The position numbers and the translations under genes were made by a program. The notes under the pieces were generated by a model, which ran no database searches, was not told where the DNA came from, and saw only the letters and a list, made by a program, of their open reading frames with translations. A stretch of DNA of 64,000 bases from an uncultured Planctomycetaceae bacterium (GTDB lineage Bacteria; Planctomycetota; Planctomycetia; Pirellulales; PALSA-1355), in contig CAWAUV010000008.1 in the NCBI GenBank assembly GCA_963785305.1, positions 736,001 through 800,000 of the forward strand, in the 5' to 3' direction. This document shows, one piece after another, positions 10,699-22,092 of the stretch (position 1 is its first letter; each line of letters opens with the position of its first letter).

Positions 10699-13068
10699 TC
10701 AACCTCCGGCCGGCAAGAGACCGCGCATCTGCATCGGCTGGAGCATGATCCACGCGCCGACCGCGAACAGCAGCACGATCAGTAGCGCCCAGGGCGCGAG
10801 TGCTCGCCACGAGCGCCCGACGCCGCCATCGCCCGCTTCGGCGATCCGCAGTCCCGCATAAAGCGACACGAGCAACCCGACTTCGAGCATCGCGACTTCA
10901 AGCCGCGGCAGCCAGTCGAATGCCGGCGCAACAGGAATAGAGCCACGCGGGCCTGCCCATCGCCATGAGTCCCACGTCGTTGCAAAACCGTTGGGCAGCC
11001 GGCAGCGCGGCGGTCCAGCTTGTGATGAAGTGGAAGCTGTAGTGCGCGAGCCAGAGCGAAAACGTCAAGGGAACCAAGGCGAATACGAACCGAGAAGCGT
11101 TTTCCGTTCGCCGCTCGGCGAGCCCGCCCCAGGCGCGGCTCGCGACCGCGGCTAGAGACACGAGCGCGAGCGGCGCGAGAATGATCGTCGCCAGATAATA
11201 CAACGTGGTGATTGTCCATTCGGGCGGGTTGCCCCAGGCGGTCCGCAGGCGAGTTTGCCAGGCGACCATCGGCTCGACCATGCCGCCCGCATTGGCCAAG
11301 GCGCCGAAAGCCAGCGCCGCGACCAGCGCCGCGATGTCGCCGCGGCGGCTGAATCGCCCGATGCCCGAGCGCCACGCATCGCTCCACAGTGTCGCTCCCG
11401 GCGTCACGAACAGCAGCCCCACATTGTCGTGCGGACAAGCGCGCGCGCAGTCAAGGCAAAAGGTGCAATCAAGATTGCCGACCTTTCGAGGCTGAAAAAG
11501 CTGCATCGCGCATCCCGAGGTTTGGGCATTGCCGCGAATGCAATCGTGGGTCGTGCAAGCGGCGCAAATCGCCGCGTGGCGGACCTTCACTTCCCAGGGC
11601 GAGACGAGCGATTGCACGAAATTGAACTGGCCGATCGGGCAGACATATTTGCAAAACGAGCCGCGCGTGAAATATGGCGTCGACGGCAAACGCGGCCCCG
11701 AAATATCCGATCGCGATCCAGGCCGTGAGCCAAGGATCGTCCCAGAGAGCGAGCGCTTCGTAGCTCCATAGAAACACGAACAGCAGCGCGATGGCGGGGC
11801 CCTTGTTGCGAAGCGCTCGGGGCCACGCGCGGCGAGAGCCAGCCGCCGGGCAGCCAACGGCCCGCGAGCGTCCGCGGCGAGCGTGAAAGGACAGGCCATG
11901 CAGAACAAATTGCCACATGCCAGCAGCCCCATGACAATCACCCCGCGCCAGTGAATCCACGGCAGCACGCCGGCCAGATTCATCGGCGCCGACGCGCGGG
12001 CCGCGAAGACCATCGACGATCACCGCCACCGCTAGAAACGCCAGCGCGATTTGCAAGCTCGGCCGAAACCAACTCGCCCGCGCAGACGCGGTTCACCCAG
12101 CGCGCTCGTAGCGGATCGCAAAGCACTCTCGGCCCAGGCGACATATCGCGCGAGCCACGCAAGTCGACGATGGGCAGCGGCGCGAACGACCCCGCGTCGG
12201 GCGCGGGCGCGAAGCAAGAGCTGGGCGAGCCGGCCACGCCGACGTCTCGCCGCTTGGGAACATACAGCAGGCCGACCGCAATCCAAGCCAGCGGACCCAA
12301 AAACACGATCGAGCCGGGCGCCCACATCAGCACGCCGGCCAGCGATTGATCCTCGAGCGCCGAAATGCCCGCCACGCGCGGCGCGGCGGCGTAGTGTGGA
12401 TACACGACGCGACCGGAAAACGTGAGCCAGGCCGCGAGCACCGTGTTTTGAATGTCGGCCAGCAGCAAATAGGGCAGCAGCAACCAGCGCGACCAGCGGG
12501 GCCTGCTCGGATAGGGACGAACGACCGGATACCAAAACACGAGCGCGCTCAAGAGAAACGACCCGTGTTCGACGATGTGCCACCCGTTTCGCGCAAGCGC
12601 CAGTTCATAGGCCGGCGGCATGTGCCAAAACCAAGTCACGCCAACATAGATCGGCCAGGCGACCCATGGCCGCGTGAGCCAGGTGAAGATTTGTCGCAAG
12701 CCGGCGCAAGCGCAAGTTGGCGCGATCCACACTCTGGCGCACTGCGCTGGCGCACCGCGAACGAGCGGAAACAGTGGCGCTCCCAGCCACACAAGCGGCG
12801 GCGCCACCATCATCAGCAATAAATGCTGGGCCATGTGCGCCTCGAGTAGCAGCGAGGCGAATGGCTCGAGCGGCGAAGCGAGCGCGAGATAGATCGCCAG
12901 CAGTCCGGCGGTAAACGCCGCCAACCGGCCCGGCCCCCAGCGACGGCGATCGGCGCTACGCAACAGCAGCCAGCCGCGCAGATAGACGATCCATGGGACG
13001 AGCAGCCCGACGGCGAGCCAGGGATCGCCGGGCCAGGAACGGAGCATCGCGTCGAACGTGGGAGTCAT
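10699..13068 (-). CDS. caa3-type CtaG assembly factor fused to a membrane 4Fe-4S polyferredoxin domain (several frameshifts)
   Basis: AHMAQHLLL, WFWHMP, EHGSF, DQSLAGVLMW; then FCMACPF, FCKYVCPIGQF and DCTFCLDCARACPHDN in downstream frames. Confidence 0.75.
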
Positions 13069-13117
13069 GGCGTGCGTTGTGTCCGACGCTCTTCGATCGC
13101 GCGACGCCGGGGACGGT

Positions 13118-14621
13118 TTAGGGGCCAGCGCGGCGCGGTTCTGGCTGGTTGTCGAGAGTATGTGTCCGGGGCTCGGTTGGCCGCGATTGTCCGCTAGGTC
13201 GCAAGCTCACGAGAAACGCCACGAGGGTTCCCATTTCCGGGGGATTGATCTCGTGACCAAAAGCTGGCATGTTGCCCCCGCCCGGCGTGCCGTTGCTCGT
13301 TTGATCGATCAGTTGATCGGCCGTCAGCCGTCTGCCGACGTCGGTGAGGTCGGGCCCGCGCCGGCCGCCGCTGCCTTCGAGCGCGTGGCAATTGCGGCAG
13401 TTCTTGACCTGAAACACGAGCGCGCCTTGCAACTGCATGGGCGACTTGCCGACGACAAGGTTTCGCGGAACCGGGTCGCCGCTCCAGGCGGTCATTTCCG
13501 GCGACCAGGGCGCCGCGACGCCTTCATAGGTCAGCGCGGCCAGGGTCGTATAAATCACCACCACCATCAGCACCGCCATCGGACGCCGGCTCGGCGAACG
13601 CTGACCGCGATTGCTGACGAACGGAACCGCGAACAGCGCCGCGATCAGCAATCAGCGGAAACACGAGAATGATAAACGTCTCGGCATCGGGTGGGCTGAG
13701 CGAAAGCAGGGCAAACAACCAGAGAAACGGCCATTCGGGCCGCGGATTGGCGCCGCCCATGCGTCGGGTCGGGCGGATCGGTCGGGCCCTTGGGGCCCAC
13801 GATCGCCGCGATCGCCACCACGACAATCACGGCCAGCGACGAAATCACAATATCCTTGAGCAGCGCGTCGCCGAAAAATGGCACGCCTCGCTTCAGTTCT
13901 TCATGATATTCGACGTCGTAGGTCTTGGGATCGACCGGCTCCGAGGGCTTGGGCGGCTTGCTCACGCCCAGTCGCAATACTTGCCACAGATGCAGCCCTA
14001 GAAACGCCAGCAAGGCGCCGGGAATCACGAACACATGCAGCGCGAAGAATCGACTCAAGGAATCGCCGCCGATCGTTTCGCCGCCGAGCACCAGCTGCAC
14101 GACCCAAGGGCCGATGACCGGCACGCGCCCGGCCATGGAGCCGGCGACGGCGAGGCCCCAGTAGGCGTCGGGGTCCCAGCGGAGGATCTGTCCGCTGAAA
14201 AAGATGCCCCAACATGCACAAGAGCAACACCACGCCCACGACCCAGGTCAATTCACGCGGATACTTGTAGGCGCCTTGCAGAAAGACTTGCGTCATATGC
14301 ACGAGCACCATCACCACCATGCCCGAGCCGGCGTAGTAATGCGAGCGCCCGCAGAAACCAGCCGAGCGGTTGCTGATAGTCCAGGTAGAGCAAGCTTTCG
14401 TAGGCTTGGCCGGCCGAGGGCACATAGACCAACGCCAAGCCGATGCCGGTGAGGATCTGAATCGCGAGAAAGGTCATCGACGCGCTGCCGAACACATACC
14501 ACCAGCCGAGCGGGCCATCGATTTCCCGGGGCACCGGATGGCGCATCATCGGCAAGATCGTCTCGCGAAAGCCGACGCGGAAGTCGATCCAGTCGCCGAG
14601 TTGTTTAAGCAAGCGTTTCAT
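13118..14621 (-). CDS. cytochrome b (b/b6 + subunit IV) with fused C-terminal cytochrome c (frameshifted)
   Basis: QILTGIGLALVYVPS, AYKYPRELTWVVG, RFFALHVFVIP, RPEWPFL and CRNCH heme motif. Confidence 0.85.
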
Positions 14622-14650
14622 CGGTGGCGAGCCCCCCGGGGCACACGGCG

Positions 14651-15200
14651 TCAGGCGGTTTTCAGCGTGTCGTGCAAAGTCGGATAGTGCGGCGCCCGCA
14701 CTACAAGCTGTCCGTCGCTAATCTGGTAATCGCAGTGAAACAGGCCGCGTGGAGGCGGTCCCGAGGCCCGCTCGCCATTGGCATGGTACACGCCCCCGTG
14801 GCAGGGACACATGAACAAGCCCGACTGCGGAAACCAAGTGACCGGGCAACCCAGGTGCGCGCAAATGAACACTGAGCACCATGAACCGCTCGGAATCCGG
14901 CAAGTGCGCGCCGTGGTTGCGCACGAACACGCTGGTCTGGCTGGTCATGCCATCCCAGGGCTGGCGAAGCGGATTGTTGAATGTCACTCGTCGAGTTTCG
15001 TTTTCCGCGAAGCTATCCACCGGGCCGAGCGGCACCCATTCGATGCGATGCCGCCTCACGGAGAGAAAATATCCCAATACCGGGATTCCGCTTACCGCCG
15101 CCGCGAGCGCCACCACGGCGCCGCTGAAGAGGCGGAAGAACATTCGGCGTCCGGGTCTCGGGTCGGCGGCCTCGTGGCAGCAGCCTTTAGGCGAATCCAT
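14651..15200 (-). CDS. Rieske 2Fe-2S subunit (frameshift ~14870)
   Basis: Tat-like RRMF + TM helix; CAHLGC and CPCHGG boxes. Confidence 0.88.
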
Positions 15201-15260
15201 GATCGATGAACCTCGATTGCAAAACTTCGCGAGTATCTTTTGTCATTTCCTGGTCGCGTT

Positions 15261-16065
15261 TTATTCCCTCGAATCGCTCCGCGGCGGCTCGGCGTGGCGA
15301 TCGCTCGTCTCGGGCGGATGGTCACGCCACGATGCCAGAAGCCGCACGATCTGCTCGATTTGTTCTCCGGTGAGCGGCTCGAAGCCGGCTCCGCGGCCTT
15401 CGATGCCCGCGAAATCCGGCATGCGAAAATCAGGCCGGCCGGTGATGATCAGCCGCCGCAGCGCCTGATCGCTAATTAGCGCCAAAAACGCGGGATGGTC
15501 GATCGCGCCGGCGCGATTCTTCTGGCGGCCTTCATCGCCCGGCATTCCATGGCAGCCGGAGCAGGCTCGGTGAAAAAGGCCCTCGGCCCGGGCGCGATCG
15601 AAAGCCTTGGACTCCTCGCGCGGGCCGCGAGATATTCAGGCAGCGCTTGGGAAACGCGGGCGCCCGACCGTCGCGGCTTCGATTCCGCCACCAATAGGTC
15701 TTGATTCCCGCGGCCAACACCTGAACCTGCGCTTTGGTAAGCGTGCCACCGTGTTCCTCGGCAAAGGCCGACATGGGGGTGCCCGGGCGACCATGTTCGA
15801 TCACGCGGAGTAATTCATCATTGGGCACGATCGCCAGAAAGATCGGATCGTCGAGCGGCGGGGCCGGGCCATAGTGTCCGTTGGCCCCATGGCAGCCGGC
15901 GCAGTTGCGGCGATAGAGCGCGGCGAAGTCGAGCACGCGATTTTCGGGCAGCGGCCGATGCGCGGGATCAGGTTTGCCGGGCAAAAAATCATCGCTGCAA
16001 CCGGCCACCAGCGCGACCAGCGGCAGCGACCCGAGCAGCACCGCAATGCGAAGGGGATCAGGCAT
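15261..16065 (-). CDS. lipoprotein diheme cytochrome c (frameshifted)
   Basis: Lipobox LVAGC, CAGCH, GRPGTPM, a second heme region and GRPDFRMP. Confidence 0.75.
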
Positions 16066-17379
16066 GGGCGGCGCTCCCCTTGGCTTCGGGTCCCGGACCA
16101 GCCGGCGGAATCGCGCGTTCCTCGGAGCGAATCACCACCACCGACGTCACCACGCCAAACACGAATTGCGAGGCGATGAACCAAGGCCAGTCCACGCGCT
16201 CGCGCAACGCCGGGTTAACCACATCCATCAGCGCGTAGCTTGCCGCCGTCCACAAGAGCGGCAACACGAGCGCGCCCCAGGCCATCGGACTGGGAATCGT
16301 GCCCACGCGCGGCAATACCACGGCAAACGCGAGCCCGAAGCCGATCGACAGCAGGGCATGGACCCCCAGCGCGGACCAGAACCAATCGGAATGAAATGTT
16401 TCGAGCTCGGCCACCGAAATCCCGGCGCGTCGCGGGGCGAGGCCATGTCGGCCAGCAAGTTGATCGGATACCAAATGCCATGCTTGCTGAGCAGGCTCCA
16501 GACGAGAGCCGGCGCCGGCATCAGCAGTCCGCCGACCAGTCCGGCCAGAATTCCGGCGCGAAGCCGGCTGCGGGTGTGCAGCTTCATGAACACGAGCGCC
16601 GCGCCGACGCCGAAAACGAACTGCGAAAGCACGAACCAGGGCCACGCGACACGCTCGCGCGCGGCGGGGTTGAACACGCTCAGGGCAATGAAGCTGGCCG
16701 CCGTCCACAAGAGCGGCATCAGGAGCGACCCCCAGGCGAGCGGCTTGGGAATGTCGGGCAGCGTGGGCAAGAGCACTCCATACATCAGGCCGAGAATCAG
16801 CGACACGATCACATGCGCGCCCACGCCCAAAACGAGCATGTGTGGATGAAACCCTTCAAGGTCTTCGATCGTCATGTTGCCCATGCCGGGCAAGACCATG
16901 CCAGCCAGCAGGTTGATCGGAAACCAGATTCCGTGGCCGCTCACGAGCCCATAGGCCACGGCCGGCAGCGGCATCACAAGACCGCCGACAATGGCGCCTT
17001 TCACCCCGGCCGAGATCGGATGCATCTTCACCGGCAGCCGTAGTCGATAACCGGGCATGCCCTCTTGCATGCGCACCGACCGCGCCGGGAGCAGCCGCGA
17101 CCGGCCGAGGGCGCAGTGCCGGCGCAACTCGCGGCTCGTGGATGTGGCCGTGGCCAGCCGGCAATTCCCAGATCCACGACGCAAGCCCGATGACGAACAG
17201 CACAAGCCCCACTCCGGCAAACGCCCAGCTCGTGGCCACGCCCACCGCCAACAGCGCGATGCCCAGCGAAAGCACCAGCGGCGCCACGGTGGGACGCGGC
17301 ATCTCGACCGTGGCGGCGTCGTCGCCGTGTTCGGCCGGGCCGTTTCGCGCGCGCTATCTTGGGCTGAATCGTTCATCAT
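16058..17379 (-). CDS. polytopic membrane protein with internal two-fold repeat (frameshifted)
   Basis: Multiple TM helices; repeated HGIW(F/Y)PINLLA, WG.L..PLLWTAAS and WPWF..SQFVFG blocks. Confidence 0.7.
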
Positions 17380-18044
17380 GCGCCACTCTTGCCGGCCACA
17401 TACACCACGAGAAACACCACGACCCACACCACATCGACAAAGTGCCAATACCAGGCCACGAGCTTGACGCCCTCGCTATGCGGGCCGGTCACTTGCCGAG
17501 CCACCGCCAAGCGGAGCACGATCGCCATTGCGATGACGCCGGCCGTGACATGCAATCCATGAAAGCCGACAAGCGTGTAGTACGTGGTTCCAAACAGATT
17601 GCGGCTGATCGTGAGCCCTTGCTTCACGATCAGGTCGTGCCATTCGTAGGCCGTGCCCAGAAGAAACGCGACCCCGAGCGCGATCGTGGCGCTCCAGAGC
17701 AGGCAGAACTTCGAATGTGCATTGCGCTCGAGCGCCGGACTCGGCCAGATGGATCACGAAGCTGCTCGAAAGCAGGCAAATCGTCGTGGCGATCACTACC
17801 GGCAGCGAAAGCGCCTCGCGCGGCGTGGGACCGCTGGTGTCGGCGCCGAGGAATGTGACATATACCGCGATCAGCGTGCAAAAAAACGCGACCTCGGAAA
17901 CGAGAAACGCGATCATGCCCCACTCGGCCGCGCTCGGCCCATGTTCGGGCACGATCGCCGGCGGTTGGGGCCGGGCAGCGCGGACTCGGCGCCGGCCTCG
18001 GGCGGCGGGGGATCGGCGGCATATTCTCGCTGCTGGGCGGTCAT
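17376..18044 (-). CDS. ctaE: cytochrome c oxidase subunit III (frameshifted)
   Basis: GMIAFLVSEVAFF, YYTLVGFHGLHV, WYWHFVDVVW. Confidence 0.88.
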
Positions 18045-19726
18045 TCGTATTGCCAATCCGGATCGTCCGGATGTTTGAGATCCCAGAGCGGACGGCGGCT
18101 ATGCACCACCGGCGGCGTTTCGAAGTTATATGCTGGCGGCGGCGAGCTCGTGGCCCATTCCAAGGTCCAGGCGTTCCAAGGATCGTCGCCGGCCGGTTTA
18201 CCTCGCCACAACGACCAAAGCACGTTGAACACGAAGATCGCGTAGCTCGGGGTTTGAATGAGCGCTCCGAGCGTGGTGAGTTGGTTCCAGAGTTCCCAGT
18301 GGCGATCGGCGTCGTAGGTGTAAATGCGACGCGGCATGCCGAGCATGCCCGAAACGTGCATCGGCCCGAAGGTCAAGAAGAACCCGATATAGAGCAGCCA
18401 GAAATGCCACTTGGCCAGCCGCTCCGAGAGCATGCGGCCGGTGACTTTGGGATACCAGTAATAGAGGCCCGAGAACACGCCGAACAGCGTGCCGCCGATG
18501 AGCACCCAGTGAAAGTGGCCGACGACGAAGTAGCTATCCGAGAGTTGGAAATCGAAAGGAGCGGCGGCGAGCATGATGCCCGTGAGACCGCCGATCAAGA
18601 ACATCGACAAGAAACCGGTGGCGAAGAGCATCGGCGAGTCGAAGCGGATTTGGCCGCCGTACATCGTGGCCAGCCAATTGAAGAATTTGACGCCGGTGGG
18701 AATCGACACGAGCAAGCTGGCCGCCGCGAAATACACATCGAGCGGCCGGCTCATGCCCACGCAGAACATGTGATGGGCCCAAACCCCCATGCTGATAAAC
18801 ACGATCGCCACGGTGGCCGCCGCCATGAATTCATAGCCGAACAGCACCTTTCGCGAAAAAACCGGAATCACTTCCGTGACCATTCCGAAGGCCGGCAGAA
18901 TGAGAATGTAGACCTCGGGATGTCCGAAAAACCAAAACAGATGTTGCCAGAGATAGGCCGACCCGCCGTTTTGCACATCGAAGAAATGGGCGCCCAATTG
19001 GCGATCGAACATCACCATCACCAGCGCCGCCGTGAGCGGCGGAATCGCCAACAGAATCTGCACCGAAGTCCAAAGAATGGTCCAAACGAAAAACGGCACT
19101 TTGCCCAGCGACATGCCGGCGGCGCGCATTCCCAGAATCGTGGCCACGAAATTGACCGCCGCCGTGATCGTGCCGATGCCGCTGGTGATCAGGCCCAGGG
19201 CCCAAAAGTCGGTCGCCGCGCTGCGGGCGAAGGTGCGCTCCGTGAGCGGCGCATAGGCAAACCAGCCCAAGGCCGGCGCGCCGCCGGTGGCATAGCTGAA
19301 ATAGACCAGCAAGCCGCCGAACAGCGTGACCCAAAAGCCGAACGCATTCAGCCGCGGAAACGCCATGTCGCGGGCGCCGATCATCAACGGCACGAAATAA
19401 TTGCCAATCCCGATCAGAATCGGCATGCCCACGAAGAAAACCATCGTCGTGCCGTGCATCGTGAAGAGCTGGTTGAAAACGTCGGGCCCCACGAATTCGC
19501 TTCGCGGCCAGAACAGTTGCCACCGCATGAGCAGCGCTTCGATGCCGGCGATCACCAAAAACACGAGACTCATCAGCACATACATGATGCCGACTTTTTT
19601 GTGGTCGACCGTCGTCGTCCATGCATGCAGCGCCGCGGTCCAGCCGCCGACTTCGAGCGCCGGCTCGGCCGAGGCGCTCGCGGAGCGCGATTCGTCGAAG
19701 CGTTCGAGCGGTTCGGCAAGCGACAT
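18041..19726 (-). CDS. ctaD: cytochrome c oxidase subunit I, type A1
   Basis: TVDHKKVG, FTMHGTTM, WFFGHPEVY, VWAHHM, VVGHFH, GMPRR. Confidence 0.96.
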   Translation of the reverse strand: MSLAEPLERFDESRSASASAEPALEVGGWTAALHAWTTTVDHKKVGIMYVLMSLVFLVIAGIEALLMRWQLFWPRSEFVGPDVFNQLFTMHGTTMVFFVGMPILIGIGNYFVPLMIGARDMAFPRLNAFGFWVTLFGGLLVYFSYATGGAPALGWFAYAPLTERTFARSAATDFWALGLITSGIGTITAAVNFVATILGMRAAGMSLGKVPFFVWTILWTSVQILLAIPPLTAALVMVMFDRQLGAHFFDVQNGGSAYLWQHLFWFFGHPEVYILILPAFGMVTEVIPVFSRKVLFGYEFMAAATVAIVFISMGVWAHHMFCVGMSRPLDVYFAAASLLVSIPTGVKFFNWLATMYGGQIRFDSPMLFATGFLSMFLIGGLTGIMLAAAPFDFQLSDSYFVVGHFHWVLIGGTLFGVFSGLYYWYPKVTGRMLSERLAKWHFWLLYIGFFLTFGPMHVSGMLGMPRRIYTYDADRHWELWNQLTTLGALIQTPSYAIFVFNVLWSLWRGKPAGDDPWNAWTLEWATSSPPPAYNFETPPVVHSRRPLWDLKHPDDPDWQYE

Positions 19727-19760
19727 GGCAATGACTCAAAAAAACCGCGAATCCGTGGGA

Positions 19761-20826
19761 TCAGTGCAGCGACGACAAATAACGCACGATCTTCTCCTGC
19801 TCGCGATCACCCAGACCGAAGGCCGGCATCAAGCAGCCGGGCTTGATCGCCTGCGGATCGCGCACCCAGCGGGCCAGATTCTCGGCCGTGTTTTCGATCT
19901 CGCCCGAGGCGAGCGTTTGGCGGCTCATCAAGTGCGTGAGGTCGGGCGCGTAGCGGCCATTGGCCTTGGACCCGCGCACTCGATGGCAGTTGACGCATGA
20001 CTGGGCGAGAAACAGCTCGCGGCCCTCGCGCACGGCGGAATCCTCGGCCGCGGGTTCATGAGCGTCAGGCTCCCCGGCGGCCGGCGCCTGCTGCGCGGCG
20101 AGCCAAGCTTGAAACGCCTCGGGCTCTTCGACCACCACGCGCAGCAGCATGTTGGCATGCTGGGTTCCGCAGTATTCGGCGCACTGGCCGAGATGCAGTC
20201 CCGCCTCGCGGGTTTGCAGCACGAGCCCGTTCGTCCGGCCGGGAATCAGATCGACCTTGCCGGCGAGCCGCGGAGCCCAAAAGCTATGGCACACATCGGC
20301 CGATTCGAGCTTCAGATACACCGGCCGGGCGATGTTTTCGTCGCTGGCCGGCATATGCAGTTCATTGGCGGTGATGAAACCGAGCTTCTGGTTGTCGTAG
20401 GATTCGTAGTGGTATTCCCACCACCATTGCCGCCCGACGACCGTGACAAAAAGCGCATGGTCTTCCGGTTGGGGGCTGCAGGCGCGGCGGATTGACTTCC
20501 CAGGTGGTGCGGGTAATTACCAGCAGAAGAAAGAAGACGATCATCGCGGGCGCGGCGGTCCAGGCAATCTCGATCGGCTGGCTGCCATAGACCTGGGCCG
20601 GTTCGCGGCTCTCGCTCGTGCCGCCGACATCTTTAGTCTTCCGGACACGGAATCGCCACACGCAATAGAATAGAACTCCCTCGACGACCAAAAAGATCGC
20701 GGCCGAGACCGCCAAGGTGAGAATCGCCATCGACACAATCGACTCGGTCGCCGGCGAGGCGGGCGAAAAAATCGACAGATCGGGTGTCGGCGGCTCGGCG
20801 ACGGCGAATAAGATTCGGTGATCCAT
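19761..20826 (-). CDS. ctaC: cytochrome c oxidase subunit II with fused cytochrome c, caa3-type (frameshift ~20460)
   Basis: IEIAWT, DVCHSFW, CAEYCGTQHANM (CuA) and CVNCH heme. Confidence 0.92.
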
Positions 20827-21068
20827 CGCTGCGGGCTCAAGGGGGAGTCATTGATGGCTGGCCAAAGCGGCTCGCTCGTTCTTGGACGTCCGCGGGCGAC
20901 GTTCACGTTGGCGTGTCGCGGAAGAACAGTATACCGACACTGTGCGAATCGACCAGCGGGCGCCGCCGATCGCGGCGCGGCGCCGCGGCGATTGGTCGGA
21001 AATCGAGACCGCTTTGGCGGAAAAAACGGCAAAAAACCTAGCCGTCGAGCCTGCGGCGATTGGGGGGC

Positions 21069-21097
21069 TTGCGCGGGGCGGATTCTTGTGGTATCTT
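21069..21097 (+). promoter_or_regulatory. promoter of tRNA-Phe
   Basis: TTGCGC-N17-TATCTT, 13 bp before the tRNA. Confidence 0.5.
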
Positions 21098-21110
21098 TTT
21101 TCGCTGCTCT

Positions 21111-21183
21111 GGACAGATAGCTCAGTTGGTAGAGCAATGGACTGAAAATCCATGTGTCGGCGGTTCGATCCCGCCTCTGTCCA
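21111..21183 (+). tRNA. tRNA-Phe(GAA)
   Basis: GGACAGA/TCTGTCC acceptor stem, D arm TAGCTCAGTTGGTAGAGC, anticodon loop CTGAAAA, T arm GGTTCGATCCC. Confidence 0.96.
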
Positions 21184-21246
21184 CTCGCCGTGAAGGGGTT
21201 GCGGCGGCTATAGGTCTGGCCGCCTGCCGCGCGGCAAGACGCGGTG

Positions 21247-21695
21247 TCAGCTCGGCTTTCGATTGCGCTTTGGTTTCAGCGGCTTTTCGACCGCGCGGCC
21301 CAAGATATCGAGACCCGCTCCGTCGACCACCTTCGCCAATGCGTCGACGATCAGTTGATTGAGGCTCTTGTGCGAGATTCTCGCCAGGCTCGCCAGGCCG
21401 CGGTGCATTTCCGGCGTGATGCGCCGACGAATTTGCCTGAGAAGGGCCTCTCCGGCGGCACGCCGTCTTCCTCGCACATCGCGAGATAATCGTCGACCGA
21501 CTCGATGAAGGCGGTTCGGAGATCGCCATGCGACGTGCCTTGGAACGTGATCACGTCGCGCGTGCCGACGACCTCGCCGTGAAAGAAACCGGCTTCCGCG
21601 TCGAACTCCGCGCGGCCGCAGAACCCCTTGTAGGGGCCGCACAAGAAGATCATTGCCGTCGCGATCGGCTTCGGTTTGATTTTGGTCGGCGCCAT
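21247..21695 (-). CDS. hicB: HicB-family antitoxin (frameshift ~21425)
   Basis: YKGFCGRAEFD..FHGEV..DVITFQG..FIESVDDYL..PFSGKF followed by RHH-like RITPEMHR..SLNQLI. Confidence 0.88.
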
Positions 21696-21698
21696 TTT

Positions 21699-21944
21699 TT
21701 ACACTCCAGCGGCCATCAGAAAACGCCGCACGGACATGACCGCTCCCTTGTCGGTGTTCGGCGACGGATGTGGGCGATGAAAGTTGGCACGCGCGCCATT
21801 GAGCGTCACCCGAATCCGCGAGCCGGCGCCCTCCTTGATCGCCGCGCCATGATGCCGAAACAGCGCCTCGATATCCGACCAACGAATATTCGATCGCACG
21901 GGATCGGCAAATACGGCGGCGCGAGTGCGTTCGTGCTTGCTCAC
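21699..21944 (-). CDS. hicA: HicA-family toxin
   Basis: NIRWSDIEALF..EGAGSRIRV..FHRPHP. Confidence 0.9.
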   Translation of the reverse strand: MSKHERTRAAVFADPVRSNIRWSDIEALFRHHGAAIKEGAGSRIRVTLNGARANFHRPHPSPNTDKGAVMSVRRFLMAAGV

Positions 21945-21950
21945 TCGCCA

Positions 21951-21979
21951 ATAGTATCATTTTACAATACTGTCGTCAA
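21951..21979 (-). promoter_or_regulatory. hicAB promoter with palindromic operator
   Basis: TTGACG-N17-TACTAT on the minus strand, 6 nt before the GTG start; overlapping AGTAT-N9-ATACT palindrome. Confidence 0.65.
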
Positions 21980-22041
21980 CATTGTCGTCAACCGCCCTCT
22001 GTCCCGCGGCGAGATCTATTTTCGGGACGCATTCCGCTGAA

Positions 22042-22092
22042 CAATGGACTGAAAATCCATGTGTCGGCCGTTCGATCCCGCCTCTGTCCACT
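22042..22092 (+). repeat. attR-like duplicate of the tRNA-Phe 3' half
   Basis: 51 bp matching 21135-21185 with one mismatch. Confidence 0.93.

Noticed and set aside
17717..19846. 709-aa plus-strand ORF and similar long antisense ORFs (6419-7783, 61310-63013)
   Set aside because: Shadow ORFs opposite well-supported genes, expected in high-GC DNA
22042..22092. Second tRNA-Phe gene
   Set aside because: Lacks the 5' acceptor strand and D arm; it is an att duplicate
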